Below are positions 1-9,290 of a stretch of 27,253 nt of DNA, one piece after another. The number at the start of each line of letters is the position of its first letter. Position 1 is the stretch's first letter. This DNA is from an uncultured Gemmatimonadota bacterium (lineage in GTDB: Bacteria; SM23-81). The DNA lies in assembly GCA_964584035.1 (NCBI GenBank), contig CAZOYL010000025.1, positions 1 through 27,253 on the forward strand, given 5' to 3'. A program made the position numbers and the translations under genes. The notes below the pieces were generated by a model. That model saw only the letters and a list, made by a program, of their open reading frames with translations, ran no database searches and was not told where the DNA came from.

Positions 1-1518
1 ATGGCCAAGGCCCTGGAGGATCTGCGCCAGGCCATGCAGAATCTGGATCCCGAGCTGGTCAAGCAGCAGATGGACCAGCTCAATATGACCCAGGAGGAGC
101 TCCTCAAGCGGCTGGACCGGACCCTGTCCGTCCTGAAAAGGCTTCAGGCGGAGCAGCAGCTGGATGCCCTGATCAAGAAGACGGAGGACATGATCCAGAG
201 ACAGTCGGACATCAGCGAGCAGCTGGATCAAATGAAGGAAGCGGATTCCCCGGCCCCCGAGAGCCTGGAGGATCTGGCCCGGGAGCAGCAGCGGCTGGCC
301 GAAGATGCCGCGGCGCTTCCCGAGGACATGGAGGAGCTCTCCCAGCTGATGGATCAGTTCCCGGAGATGCCTTCCGAAGAGCTTGCACGGATGGCCGAGG
401 AGCAGCAGAACTCGCCGGTGAGCGAGCAGATGCAGCAGGCCTCCAGGAAGATGTCCGGAGGCAACCAGAGCGGGGCCCGGGAGCACCAGGAGCAGTCCCG
501 GCAGATGCTCAAGCAGCTGCAGATGGATCTGCAGATGCTGCAGCGCCAGATGGGCGGGCAGATGACGGCCGAGGTGGCCGATGCCATCAGGAGATCGATC
601 CGCGATCTGCTGGACATCTCCCGGCGCCAGGAGGAACACCGCGACCAGGTTCAGATGCTGGATCGGGAAAGCGCCCGGTTCGGGAGCATGGCCGAGGGTC
701 AGCTCGACCTCCGGGAGGCCGTCTCGAAGGTAGCCGACGATCTTTATGATGTGGCCCAGAAATCTTTCTTCATCTCGCCGCAGGTGGGCCAGGCCATCGG
801 GTACGCCATGACCCGGATGGACCAGGCCCTCAGCGCCCTTGAATCCCGCGGGGCCGCGGCCGCCGCCCACTCCGAAAAAGCGGCCATGGTGGCGCTCAAC
901 GATGTCGCCAAAAACCTGATCAACGCTCTTCAGGCCATGGGAACGGCCTGTTCCTCCGGGGGCATGGAGTCCATGATGCAGCAGCTCCAGGGAATGGCCC
1001 AGAGCCAGATGGGCATCAACCAGCAGACCCTGGGACTCGGCCAGCAGGGACAGATGACCATGCAGCAGCGGGCCCAGATGGCCCGGCTGGCGGCCGAGCA
1101 GGCCGCGGTGCAGAAACAGCTCGGCGATCTGCTGAAGGAGTTCGGGAACCGCTCGGATATTCCGGGCCGCCTGGACCAGGTGGGCGAGGAGATGAAAAAG
1201 GTGGTCGACGATCTGGCCCGCCGTCAGGTCGGTCAGGAGACCATCGACCGTCAGCAGCGGATTCTTTCCCGGCTCCTGGACGCGCAGAAATCGGTCCGGC
1301 GGAGGGATTATTCCCGGGAGCGGCAGTCCCGTCCGGGACAGGTGGTGGTGCGGCGCAGTCCGGGGGAGCTGCCGGCCGAGACCGAGGACCTCGACGAGGT
1401 CCTGCGCCGGGATCTTTTACAGGCCCTCTCGGAGGATTATCCCAAGGCCTATCAGGAGCTCATCAGAGCCTATTTCGAGGCCCTGTCACGGCACAGCGGC
1501 GAGGGGAGGGAGCCATGA
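1..1518 (+). CDS. DUF4175-like long coiled-coil protein, C-terminal part (probably truncated by the window start)
   Basis: Q/E/L/M-rich heptad pattern throughout, and a C-terminal 'RQQRILSRLLDAQKSVRRRDYSRERQS...YPKAYQELIRAYFEAL' segment recalled from DUF4175-type proteins. The stop overlaps the next start (ATGA, 1515-1518). Family call is from recall. Confidence 0.65.
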   Translation: MAKALEDLRQAMQNLDPELVKQQMDQLNMTQEELLKRLDRTLSVLKRLQAEQQLDALIKKTEDMIQRQSDISEQLDQMKEADSPAPESLEDLAREQQRLAEDAAALPEDMEELSQLMDQFPEMPSEELARMAEEQQNSPVSEQMQQASRKMSGGNQSGAREHQEQSRQMLKQLQMDLQMLQRQMGGQMTAEVADAIRRSIRDLLDISRRQEEHRDQVQMLDRESARFGSMAEGQLDLREAVSKVADDLYDVAQKSFFISPQVGQAIGYAMTRMDQALSALESRGAAAAAHSEKAAMVALNDVAKNLINALQAMGTACSSGGMESMMQQLQGMAQSQMGINQQTLGLGQQGQMTMQQRAQMARLAAEQAAVQKQLGDLLKEFGNRSDIPGRLDQVGEEMKKVVDDLARRQVGQETIDRQQRILSRLLDAQKSVRRRDYSRERQSRPGQVVVRRSPGELPAETEDLDEVLRRDLLQALSEDYPKAYQELIRAYFEALSRHSGEGREP

Positions 1519-3398
1519 GGAACCCCCGGGCTTCAACCATCCGGAGACTTCTTTCTCTGACCGTTCCCCTGGCCGTCGCCCTGGCGGTCTCGCTGGCGAT
1601 CACGGCGCCGTCGCTCGCCGCGCCCGCGACCACGTTCGAGCAACAGATCAGGCAGGCGCAGCAGCAGGAAAAGGCCGGGCGTCCGGAGGAGGCTCTCAAG
1701 ATCTACCGGGCGCTGTTGAGCCAGCGGCCGGGGGATCGGGAGCTGCTGTCCCGTATTCAGGGCGTCTACCGGGAGCTGAAGTGGTATCCCCAGCTGATCG
1801 TACTGATCCGGGAACGTCTCCAGAAGGATCCCGGCGATTTCGAGTTGCTGATCGAGCTGGGAGAGGTCTATTTTCTCTCCGGCGATCTGCAGCAGGCCCG
1901 GGACACCTGGCTGTCAGCCCTCACCGCCGCACCCCGCCAGGAAAGCTCCTTTTTCCGGATCAGCGACGCGTTTCTGCAGCGCGGCATGCTGGCCGAAGCG
2001 GAGGACATTCTCCTGCAGGGCCGCCGGGCGCTGGCGGATGAGACCCTGTTCGCCGATCGCCTGGCTCGCATTCATGAGCTCGATGCCGAGTATGGCGCTG
2101 CCACGGAGGAGTATCTCACCTGGCTGCGGCAGGATCTCCGCCGGCTCAATTATGTGGACGCCCAGCTGGCCCGTTTTCCCGACCAGCCAGAGGTTCACCG
2201 GGCGGTCGAGGAGACCATTCGAAAAGCCATCGCCCGGGCCCCGGAGGAAGAGGTTTTTCATCATTTGCTCAGCCAGCATCTGATCCGCACCGGCCAGCCG
2301 CAGGAAGCCTACCTTGAGGTCCTGGCGATGGAGGCCGGGAGCGATTCTGGAGGACAGCTCCTGATCGCCTTTGCCGCTCGCTGCGCCGAGCTGGGATTTC
2401 ACCGGACGGCCATTCAGGCCTGCCGGGAGGCGCTCGATCGCCATCCGGAAACGCCGGCCGCCCGGCAGGCGCAGCTGGTCATCGGCCGAAGCCTGGAAAC
2501 TCTGGAACAGTATGACCAGGCCCTGCTGACCTACGGCGATCTGCTGGCCGACCACCCGGGCAGTTCGGAGGCTGCCGAGGCCCTGTACCGCCGGGGAGAG
2601 ATCTACCTGCTTCACGGTCATGCCCTGGCCGGTGAGCTTGTCGATCGGGCCGTCATCGGCGGGGGCTGGATCGACAGCGCTCAGGCTGCCTACCGGCGGC
2701 TGATCGACCGTTATGGCCGAAACTCCAGGGCCGCCGATGCGGCCGTGCGGATCGGGGACTGTCTGGTGATCAAGGGCGATGTGGCCGGCGCCCGGGCCGC
2801 TTATGATCGCCTGGCATATGGACGAGGACCCGAGCAGGTCAGGGAGGAGGCGGCCTTCAAGCTGGCCGAATTGCTCTTTCTGGAGGGCCGTATCGAGGAA
2901 TCCAGAGGAGCCCTGGACGATCTGGTGAACGCTTATCCGCAGGGTTTTTCCGTCAATGACGCCCTGCTGCTGTCCCTGTTGATCGATGAGGCCTCGGCCG
3001 ACGGCGGGTCGGCGCTGCAGAGTTATGCCGGCGCGATGTTCCTGGCCCGGCAGCGGCGCTACCGGGAGGCGCTGGAGTCTTTCGGAAGCATTGAACGGCA
3101 GTTTCCCGAGGGCCCGCTGATGGACCATGTGCTCATGCAGGCGGCCCTCGTCAGGGATCAGATCGGGCGCCACGAGGAGGCCCTGGCCGATCTGCAGGCC
3201 CTCATGGTACGGTATCCCGAGAGCCGTTTCTGTCCTCAGGCGCTGAGGCGCATCGGCGAGATCTATGAATATCATATCAAAGACCTGCCGGCAGCCCGGC
3301 AGGCCTATGAGCGGCTGCTTTCCGACTATCCGAATTATCTCTTCCTGAACGAGGTGCGCCGGGCGCTGCGCCGCCTGAAAGGCCAGAGCACCGGCTGA
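1515..3398 (+). CDS. Exported tetratricopeptide-repeat protein (BamD/CpoB-like repeats)
   Basis: N-terminal signal peptide (basic residues, hydrophobic stretch, SLA-A). Many TPR-type units such as 'ALLTYGDLLADHPGSSEAAEALYRRGEIY' and 'ARQAYERLLSDYPN'. GAGGGGAGG Shine-Dalgarno-like sequence upstream. Confidence 0.85.
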   Translation: MRNPRASTIRRLLSLTVPLAVALAVSLAITAPSLAAPATTFEQQIRQAQQQEKAGRPEEALKIYRALLSQRPGDRELLSRIQGVYRELKWYPQLIVLIRERLQKDPGDFELLIELGEVYFLSGDLQQARDTWLSALTAAPRQESSFFRISDAFLQRGMLAEAEDILLQGRRALADETLFADRLARIHELDAEYGAATEEYLTWLRQDLRRLNYVDAQLARFPDQPEVHRAVEETIRKAIARAPEEEVFHHLLSQHLIRTGQPQEAYLEVLAMEAGSDSGGQLLIAFAARCAELGFHRTAIQACREALDRHPETPAARQAQLVIGRSLETLEQYDQALLTYGDLLADHPGSSEAAEALYRRGEIYLLHGHALAGELVDRAVIGGGWIDSAQAAYRRLIDRYGRNSRAADAAVRIGDCLVIKGDVAGARAAYDRLAYGRGPEQVREEAAFKLAELLFLEGRIEESRGALDDLVNAYPQGFSVNDALLLSLLIDEASADGGSALQSYAGAMFLARQRRYREALESFGSIERQFPEGPLMDHVLMQAALVRDQIGRHEEALADLQALMVRYPESRFCPQALRRIGEIYEYHIKDLPAARQAYERLLSDYPNYLFLNEVRRALRRLKGQSTG

Positions 3399-3417
3399 TC
3401 AAGCGCGGCGGCCGCCC

Positions 3418-4011
3418 TCATCCCCCCGTAAAACTCGCCTTCAGCTCTCCCCAGCTGCTGCTGTCGGGATAGTCAGACCTGGAATCCTCCCACCGATAGA
3501 GCTTCCAGAACCCCCCGGAACCCTCCGAGACAAAAAAGATGGCCCGTCCCACCGAATGACGGGGCGCGCTGACGGTGTCCTGATCCACCGAGAGGTCGTA
3601 GATCACCTCGGCCCTGACGGTGTCTCCCGAGGGATAAAAGGTCACCTCCATGGTGGTATCCACCAGGGCCAGGTCGATGAACGAGCCGCTGCCGGAGGAG
3701 AAGATGGAGCGGGTCACGTCCCGCTCCTGTTCGAAGCCCCAGTCGTCGAAGATGCCCGGGTTCTGGGCCGCATCGACAGGGTCCGGGATGAAGCGAAAGT
3801 CCTCCGAGATGGAATCGGTGAAGTTATCGATGATCTGCTCGTTGTACGAGTTCTTCAGGTTGCGCAGCACCGCGTCGTAGAAGACGGGGTCCTCCCAGGT
3901 GCCCCGGCGGACACTGGGTTCCTCGGCCGACCGGGTGGCGAAGGGATTGTCACAACCCGTTATCAGCAGCAATATCAGCAGCAGCCGCATCGATAAAACG
4001 ATATTTCTCAA
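3418..4011 (-). CDS. Hypothetical lipoprotein
   Basis: TTG start with GAGGA upstream, hydrophobic stretch with lipobox LITG-C, followed by 'DNPFATRSAEEP' and an acidic mature domain. Confidence 0.75.
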   Translation of the reverse strand: MRNIVLSMRLLLILLLITGCDNPFATRSAEEPSVRRGTWEDPVFYDAVLRNLKNSYNEQIIDNFTDSISEDFRFIPDPVDAAQNPGIFDDWGFEQERDVTRSIFSSGSGSFIDLALVDTTMEVTFYPSGDTVRAEVIYDLSVDQDTVSAPRHSVGRAIFFVSEGSGGFWKLYRWEDSRSDYPDSSSWGELKASFTGG

Positions 4012-4022
4012 CGGCTTATTCC

Positions 4023-5834
4023 TCAGAATACCTGTTGGATGGTCAGTTGCAGACGGTCGAAGGTCCGCTCGGGGATATCGGTGGCATCCTCCACCGCGCG
4101 GCTCACCGAGAAGGCGATGCCGCCCGCCCCCCGCAGCCGGAAACGCCCCGCCAGGCCGATGCGTTTCGAGATCAGGCGGGATTTGAAATGCCGCCCGCCC
4201 TGACGGTGCTCGTATTCACGTCGGTGACTGTATCCTAAATTGGGAACGATCACCAGACTGGAGAACAGCGGGTAGGACAGCGACAGCTCGAAATTCTGAT
4301 AGGATTTATCCCAGGACAGGATCTCCACCCAGCGGTCTTCCCTCACCAGGCGGCCGAAATCCTCCACCCGGTAGGTGTAGCTGAGAGTCAGGTCGAGCTC
4401 CTCGCCCGGATGGTAGCTCACATCGCTGGTGGTTCTGGCCTGACGGAAGATGTTGCTCTTGATGTCGGTGAACAGATCCTCGAAATCATACTCGGTGTAA
4501 TGGGCCGAGATGCCGAATCCCTGGCCGATAGACAGCGATCTCCAGGGACGGATGCGGACCGTGGGATAGAGGCCGTAATTCCGGGTCCAGTTGTTGTTGG
4601 CCGATCGCTGGCTGCGCAGATAGACCAGATGGGTCAGGTTGGTCACGGCCTCGGTGGTCAGCCGGAGAGCCTCGCTGAACCGGTGCGTGTAGGTCAGTTT
4701 CAGGGCGCTGGTGAAGCTGTCCCGATCGTTGAAATTGTCGGGATGGGGCGGATCGAACGAGTTGCGGGCCACCTGGCCGCTGACCTCCAGAGAATCCCGC
4801 GGCGAAAGGCCGGTGCCCACCCGGGCGCCTAAAAAGATCTCTTCCACATCCTCATCGTTGATGTCCCGTCCGAAATCATGCCGGCCCTGTTCCAGGGAGA
4901 AATCGCCCGACAGGAACCATTTCCCGTAGGGCCGTCCCTGCAGGCCGGCCGCCACCCCCCGGGTGGTCTTGCGGCTGTTCTGCCGGGCCACATCCTCATC
5001 CGGGCCCTCGGGCAGGCTGTACTCGATACGTCGATCCGTCGAGGACAGGGTCAGGAGAAGATGGTGATCCAGGGGCAGGGGCGTCTCCACCGACAGGTTG
5101 ACGGCCCGGTAGATGCGGTCCTGGCGTTTCAGCACCGTCTGGTCGGCGGGGCCGAACAGGTTGGTCCGGGTGTCCAGGCGGTCGTCGAAGGACACCATGA
5201 TCTGAGCGCCGCCCAGCAGAGGACGGTTGACCGAGGCGGCCAGCGTCCGCGAAGCATTATGGCCGGCATTGAGCCGGTCGCCGGAGACGGCCGCCTCGAG
5301 GACGGACTGTGTGCCGGAGATCTCGGGCTGACAGGATCCCGACAGGCCATAGCTGACCCCGCTCTCCCGGCTGTTCAGGTCGGATTGCTCCTTCTGGTCC
5401 AGCTTGCCGCCCAGGGTTCCCTCCAGGGAGACCCACTCGACAGGGGTGACGCTCAGCGAGGAGGAGAACAGGCCTTCCCGCGTGATGATCTCCCCCTGGT
5501 TCACGGAGGACCTTTGGCCGCTGAGGTTCAGGCCGACGGCCGACCAGTCGTTGAGGCGGACATCGAGACCGGTCGACAGATCCAGGTTGTCCTGCCAGCG
5601 GTCGCTTCCGGTCGATCCGCGGGCCTTCTTGATCAGGATTTTGACCAGATCGCCCCGGGCCCGCACCTGCAGCCGCGGGCCAGACGCCGAGGCGTACTCT
5701 AAAAAGTTATTCCACCGGTAAGTGCGGTTGTCGCGGTCGAAGCTCAGGCCGAACTCCGAGGCCCGGGCCGGAACGGCCAGCATCAGCGAGAGGAAACCCC
5801 ACGCCAGGAAGAATCTACTGTGACGGACCGGCAT
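4023..5834 (-). CDS. Putative outer-membrane beta-barrel protein of unknown function
   Basis: Signal peptide ending ARA-S, alternating amphipathic beta-strand pattern rich in G/S/Y/F/R, and C-terminal Phe (RLQLTIQQVF) resembling a BAM beta-signal. Overlaps the rsmA 3' end by 20 bp. Confidence 0.65.
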   Translation of the reverse strand: MPVRHSRFFLAWGFLSLMLAVPARASEFGLSFDRDNRTYRWNNFLEYASASGPRLQVRARGDLVKILIKKARGSTGSDRWQDNLDLSTGLDVRLNDWSAVGLNLSGQRSSVNQGEIITREGLFSSSLSVTPVEWVSLEGTLGGKLDQKEQSDLNSRESGVSYGLSGSCQPEISGTQSVLEAAVSGDRLNAGHNASRTLAASVNRPLLGGAQIMVSFDDRLDTRTNLFGPADQTVLKRQDRIYRAVNLSVETPLPLDHHLLLTLSSTDRRIEYSLPEGPDEDVARQNSRKTTRGVAAGLQGRPYGKWFLSGDFSLEQGRHDFGRDINDEDVEEIFLGARVGTGLSPRDSLEVSGQVARNSFDPPHPDNFNDRDSFTSALKLTYTHRFSEALRLTTEAVTNLTHLVYLRSQRSANNNWTRNYGLYPTVRIRPWRSLSIGQGFGISAHYTEYDFEDLFTDIKSNIFRQARTTSDVSYHPGEELDLTLSYTYRVEDFGRLVREDRWVEILSWDKSYQNFELSLSYPLFSSLVIVPNLGYSHRREYEHRQGGRHFKSRLISKRIGLAGRFRLRGAGGIAFSVSRAVEDATDIPERTFDRLQLTIQQVF

Positions 5835-6684
5835 GCTGGAACTCTCCGAGAACGTTGGCGATGGTTGCCATCTCCGTGAGGCTCATGGTTTCCCCCCGGC
5901 GGCCCAGGTCGATGCCCGTTTTGAGGGCCAGTTCATCCAGCCGGCCGGATCCCGGCTCAAGCCGGGGGTGATGGCGCAAGGCGTTGCGGGCCGTCTTTCG
6001 GCGATGACCGAACAGGGCTCCTACGGTATGAAAGAACAACGCCTCGTCGCGCACCTCGACGGGTGGCCGGGTCAGCGGTTCCAGGGACAAGGCCACCGAA
6101 TCCACCTGGGGACGGGGATAAAAGACGGTTTTGGAAAGCCGGAAATGCCGGTGCACGGTGGAGAAGTACTGCACCGCCACCGACAGGGTGCCGAAGGCTT
6201 TGACGCCCGGCTCGGCCGCCATGCGGTCGGCCACCTCCCGCTGCACGGTCAGGGTCGCCCCCGGCAGCTGCCGGAGATGGTTCAGGATCTTTCGAACGGC
6301 CGCCCCGGTGATCTGATAGGGCAGGTTGCTGACGATCCTCAATCCGCCCGGCTCCGCCCGCCGGATCAGTCCGGTCAGGTCCGTCTTCAGGAAATCCTCG
6401 TTGATCACCTCCAGGCGGTCTTCGCCTTCCAGCCTGTCCTGGAGGATCCGGCACAGCCGCCGGTCGATCTCCACCGCCACCACCCGCCGGGCGCGTTCCA
6501 ATAGACCATCCGTCAGCGCCCCCAGCCCGGGCCCGATCTCCAGCACGGTCTCGTCGGGCCGCACCCCGGCGGCCGCCACGATCCGCTCGCAGGCCCGGTC
6601 GTTCACCAGAAAGCTCTGTCCGCGCAATTTGTTCGGGCGCACGAGGTATTGCTTAAGAAGCGCTTTAGTCGTCTTCAGGTCCAT
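5815..6684 (-). CDS. rsmA: 16S rRNA m6,2A dimethyltransferase RsmA/KsgA
   Basis: GQSFL (GQNFL-like), VLEIGPGLGALT SAM motif, SNLPYQI, QREVADR, FYPRPQVDS, RRKT. Confidence 0.96.
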   Translation of the reverse strand: MDLKTTKALLKQYLVRPNKLRGQSFLVNDRACERIVAAAGVRPDETVLEIGPGLGALTDGLLERARRVVAVEIDRRLCRILQDRLEGEDRLEVINEDFLKTDLTGLIRRAEPGGLRIVSNLPYQITGAAVRKILNHLRQLPGATLTVQREVADRMAAEPGVKAFGTLSVAVQYFSTVHRHFRLSKTVFYPRPQVDSVALSLEPLTRPPVEVRDEALFFHTVGALFGHRRKTARNALRHHPRLEPGSGRLDELALKTGIDLGRRGETMSLTEMATIANVLGEFQHAGPSQ

Positions 6685-6743
6685 GGAGATAAAAAGAATT
6701 GGAAAGTTAAAACCGGGAGCTTTGTTTCCTGCGCACAGGCAAA

Positions 6744-7514
6744 TCAGGCTGTAGGCAAACCGAACAGCCCGGCCGCATTGGCGGTCGTCGCGGCGGCCGC
6801 CTCCTCAAAAGAGATCCCCCGCAGGCGGGCCAGTTTCTCGGCCACATGGCGCACGTAGGCCGGTTCGTTGCGCTGGCCGCGATGAGGCACGGGGGTCAGG
6901 AAGGGACAGTCGGTCTCGATGAGGATTTTCTCCAGCGGGATGCGGCCGGCGATGTCCTGCTTTTTTTTGCCGCCGTAAGTGATCGGGCCGCCGAAGGCGA
7001 TCAGAAAGCCCAGGGCGATGCCCTCCCGGGCCATGTCCAGATCGCCGGAGAAACAGTGCAGCACTCCGCCCACCCGGCCGGCCTCCTCCTCTCGCAGGAT
7101 CCGGAGGGTCTCGGCGTGAGCGTCACGGTCGTGGATCACCAGGGGCAGGCCCAGCTCGACGGCCAGGCGGATCTGCTGACGGAAGGCCTGTCGCTGCCGG
7201 TCACGGGGGGACAGGTCGCGGTAGAAATCCAGGCCGATCTCGCCGATGGCGACCACCTTCTCTTCGGCGGCCAGCTCGCCCAGCCGCTTCAGAACGTCGG
7301 CAGACAGCGTCCCGGCATCGTGAGGATGAACGCCGACGGCGGCGTAGATCGCGGGATAGCGGGCGGCCAGCTCGACGGACCGCTCGCTGGAGGCCCAATC
7401 GGTGCCGACGTTGATGATGGCCGTCACGTCCGCCTCAAGGGCCCGGCGGACGGCCGCATCCCGGTCGTCGCGAAACTGGGAGAAGTCCAGATGGGCGTGG
7501 GAATCGATCAGCAT
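6744..7514 (-). CDS. tatD: TatD family metal-dependent DNase
   Basis: DSHAHL, GVHPH, AIGEIGLD, IHDR, GVLHCF, ETDCPFL, RNEP motifs. Confidence 0.95.
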   Translation of the reverse strand: MLIDSHAHLDFSQFRDDRDAAVRRALEADVTAIINVGTDWASSERSVELAARYPAIYAAVGVHPHDAGTLSADVLKRLGELAAEEKVVAIGEIGLDFYRDLSPRDRQRQAFRQQIRLAVELGLPLVIHDRDAHAETLRILREEEAGRVGGVLHCFSGDLDMAREGIALGFLIAFGGPITYGGKKKQDIAGRIPLEKILIETDCPFLTPVPHRGQRNEPAYVRHVAEKLARLRGISFEEAAAATTANAAGLFGLPTA

Positions 7515-7550
7515 GAGCTCGGGGGTCGGAGGAAAGCGATGTGACAGGGC

Positions 7551-9239
7551 TCAGGCAGCTCCCTGCTGGAGTCGTTCGATCTGCTCTGCGATGACGTCGT
7601 CCTCGATTTTGGCAAACAGGATCTTCGGCTCGGCGAGGGAATGTCCCGGATCGAGACGGAGTTTTCCGCCTTCCTCCCAGGGCAGAGCGGACAGGGCCCC
7701 GGTCTGATTGAGCATGACGTGCAGCCTTTCCATGGAGAACGGCAGCAGGGGATCCAGGATGATGCACAGGGACGAGAGCATCTGGGCACACAGGTACAGG
7801 GTGGTAGCGCATCGCGTCGCGTCGTCCTTGCGGGTTTTCCAGGGCTCCTGGTCGTTGAAGTACTTATTGCCCAGGCGGGCCAGGCTGATGGCTGCCTGGC
7901 TGGCTCGTTTCATCTGAAAGGTCTCGATCAATCCGCCGATCTCCCCGGGGGCTTTTTCGACGGCCGCGATGACCTCGTGGTCCTGGCCCTGGAAGGCGGC
8001 CGGCTCCGGTACTTTTCCTTCGAAATATTTTTTCAGAAAGGTCATCGTCCGGTTGATGAAGTTGCCCAGCACGTCGGCCAGGTCGGCGTTGTTCTTGGAC
8101 TGAAAATCCTTCCAGGTGAAATCGGCATCCCGGTTCTCGGGCGCTCCGGCCGTCAGGCAGTATCGCAGCGGGTCGGGCGGGAAGCGGTCGAGATAGTCGG
8201 GCAGCCAGATGGCCCAGTTGCGGCTGGAGGACAGCTTTTGGCCCTCCAGGTTGAGAAACTCATTGGCCGGGATCTCCGCCGGAAGGATGTAACCGCCGTA
8301 TGCCATCAGGGTGGCCGGCCAGACCATGGCGTGAAAAACGATGTTGTCCTTGCCGATGAAGTGGATCAGGCGGGTGTTCTCGTTCAGCCAGTAGCGCTTC
8401 CACAAGTCCGGCTGGCCGCGCTTGCCGGCCCACTCGATGGTCGAGGAGATATATCCGATGGGAGCGTCGAACCAGACGTACAGGACCTTGCCGGCGGCCT
8501 CCTTCAGGGGCACCGGGATACCCCACGAGAGGTCACGGGTGATGGCCCGGGGCTGGAGCCCCTCCTCCAGCCATCGGCGGGTGAACTGCTTGACGTTCGG
8601 CCTCCAGTCGGGCTTGCTCTCCAGCCAGTCCCGCAGGCGATCCTGAAATTCGTTCAGCTGGAAGAACCAGTGCTTCGTCTTCCGCGCCACCGGGGTCCCG
8701 CCGCAGATCTTGCAGACGGGATCTTTCAGCAATATGGGATCGAGCATGTGGCCGCACCGCTCGCACTGGTCCCCGTGGGCCCCGGGCGCTCCGCAGCTGG
8801 GGCAGGTGCCCTCGATGTAGCGGTCGGCCAGAAACCGCTGGCAATGCTCGCAGTAAAGCTGTTCGACCGTCTCCGGCTTGATATATCCCTGTTCATAGAT
8901 GCGGGTGAAGAAATCCTGGGCCAGACGATGGTGAACGGGCAGGGAGGTCCGGGAGAAGTTGTCGAAGCTGATGCCGAAGCGCTCGAAACTGTCGGCGATA
9001 TTCGCATGATAGCGATCGACCACTTCCTGCGGGCTGATGCCCTCCTGGTCCGCCCGAACGGTGATGGGGACGCCGTTTTCGTCGGTTCCGCAGATGTGGA
9101 TGATATCCCATCCGCGGTGGCGGCCGTATCGGGTATAGATATCGGCGGGCAGATAACAGCCGGCCAGGTGGCCCAGATGAATGGGACCGTTGGCATAGGG
9201 CAGGGCGCTGGTCACCAGGGTACGTTTCTCGTTCGGCAC
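7551..9239 (-). CDS. metG: Methionyl-tRNA synthetase (two zinc knuckles, no C-terminal tRNA-binding domain)
   Basis: TSALPYANGPIHLGH (HIGH motif), CGTDENG, four CxxC motifs, ITRDLSWGIPVP, YVWFDAPIGY, IGKDNI, KLSSS (KMSKS-like). GTG start with AAGGGG upstream. Confidence 0.97.
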   Translation of the reverse strand: MPNEKRTLVTSALPYANGPIHLGHLAGCYLPADIYTRYGRHRGWDIIHICGTDENGVPITVRADQEGISPQEVVDRYHANIADSFERFGISFDNFSRTSLPVHHRLAQDFFTRIYEQGYIKPETVEQLYCEHCQRFLADRYIEGTCPSCGAPGAHGDQCERCGHMLDPILLKDPVCKICGGTPVARKTKHWFFQLNEFQDRLRDWLESKPDWRPNVKQFTRRWLEEGLQPRAITRDLSWGIPVPLKEAAGKVLYVWFDAPIGYISSTIEWAGKRGQPDLWKRYWLNENTRLIHFIGKDNIVFHAMVWPATLMAYGGYILPAEIPANEFLNLEGQKLSSSRNWAIWLPDYLDRFPPDPLRYCLTAGAPENRDADFTWKDFQSKNNADLADVLGNFINRTMTFLKKYFEGKVPEPAAFQGQDHEVIAAVEKAPGEIGGLIETFQMKRASQAAISLARLGNKYFNDQEPWKTRKDDATRCATTLYLCAQMLSSLCIILDPLLPFSMERLHVMLNQTGALSALPWEEGGKLRLDPGHSLAEPKILFAKIEDDVIAEQIERLQQGAA

Positions 9240-9290
9240 GACTGCTTCCCCTTTCTTGTGCGCTTCAGGATCAAAACATTCGGTCCCGGT

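Noticed and set aside
1914..3275. 453-aa - strand ORF within the TPR gene
   Set aside because: Antisense shadow; the + strand protein has clear signal peptide and TPR periodicity.
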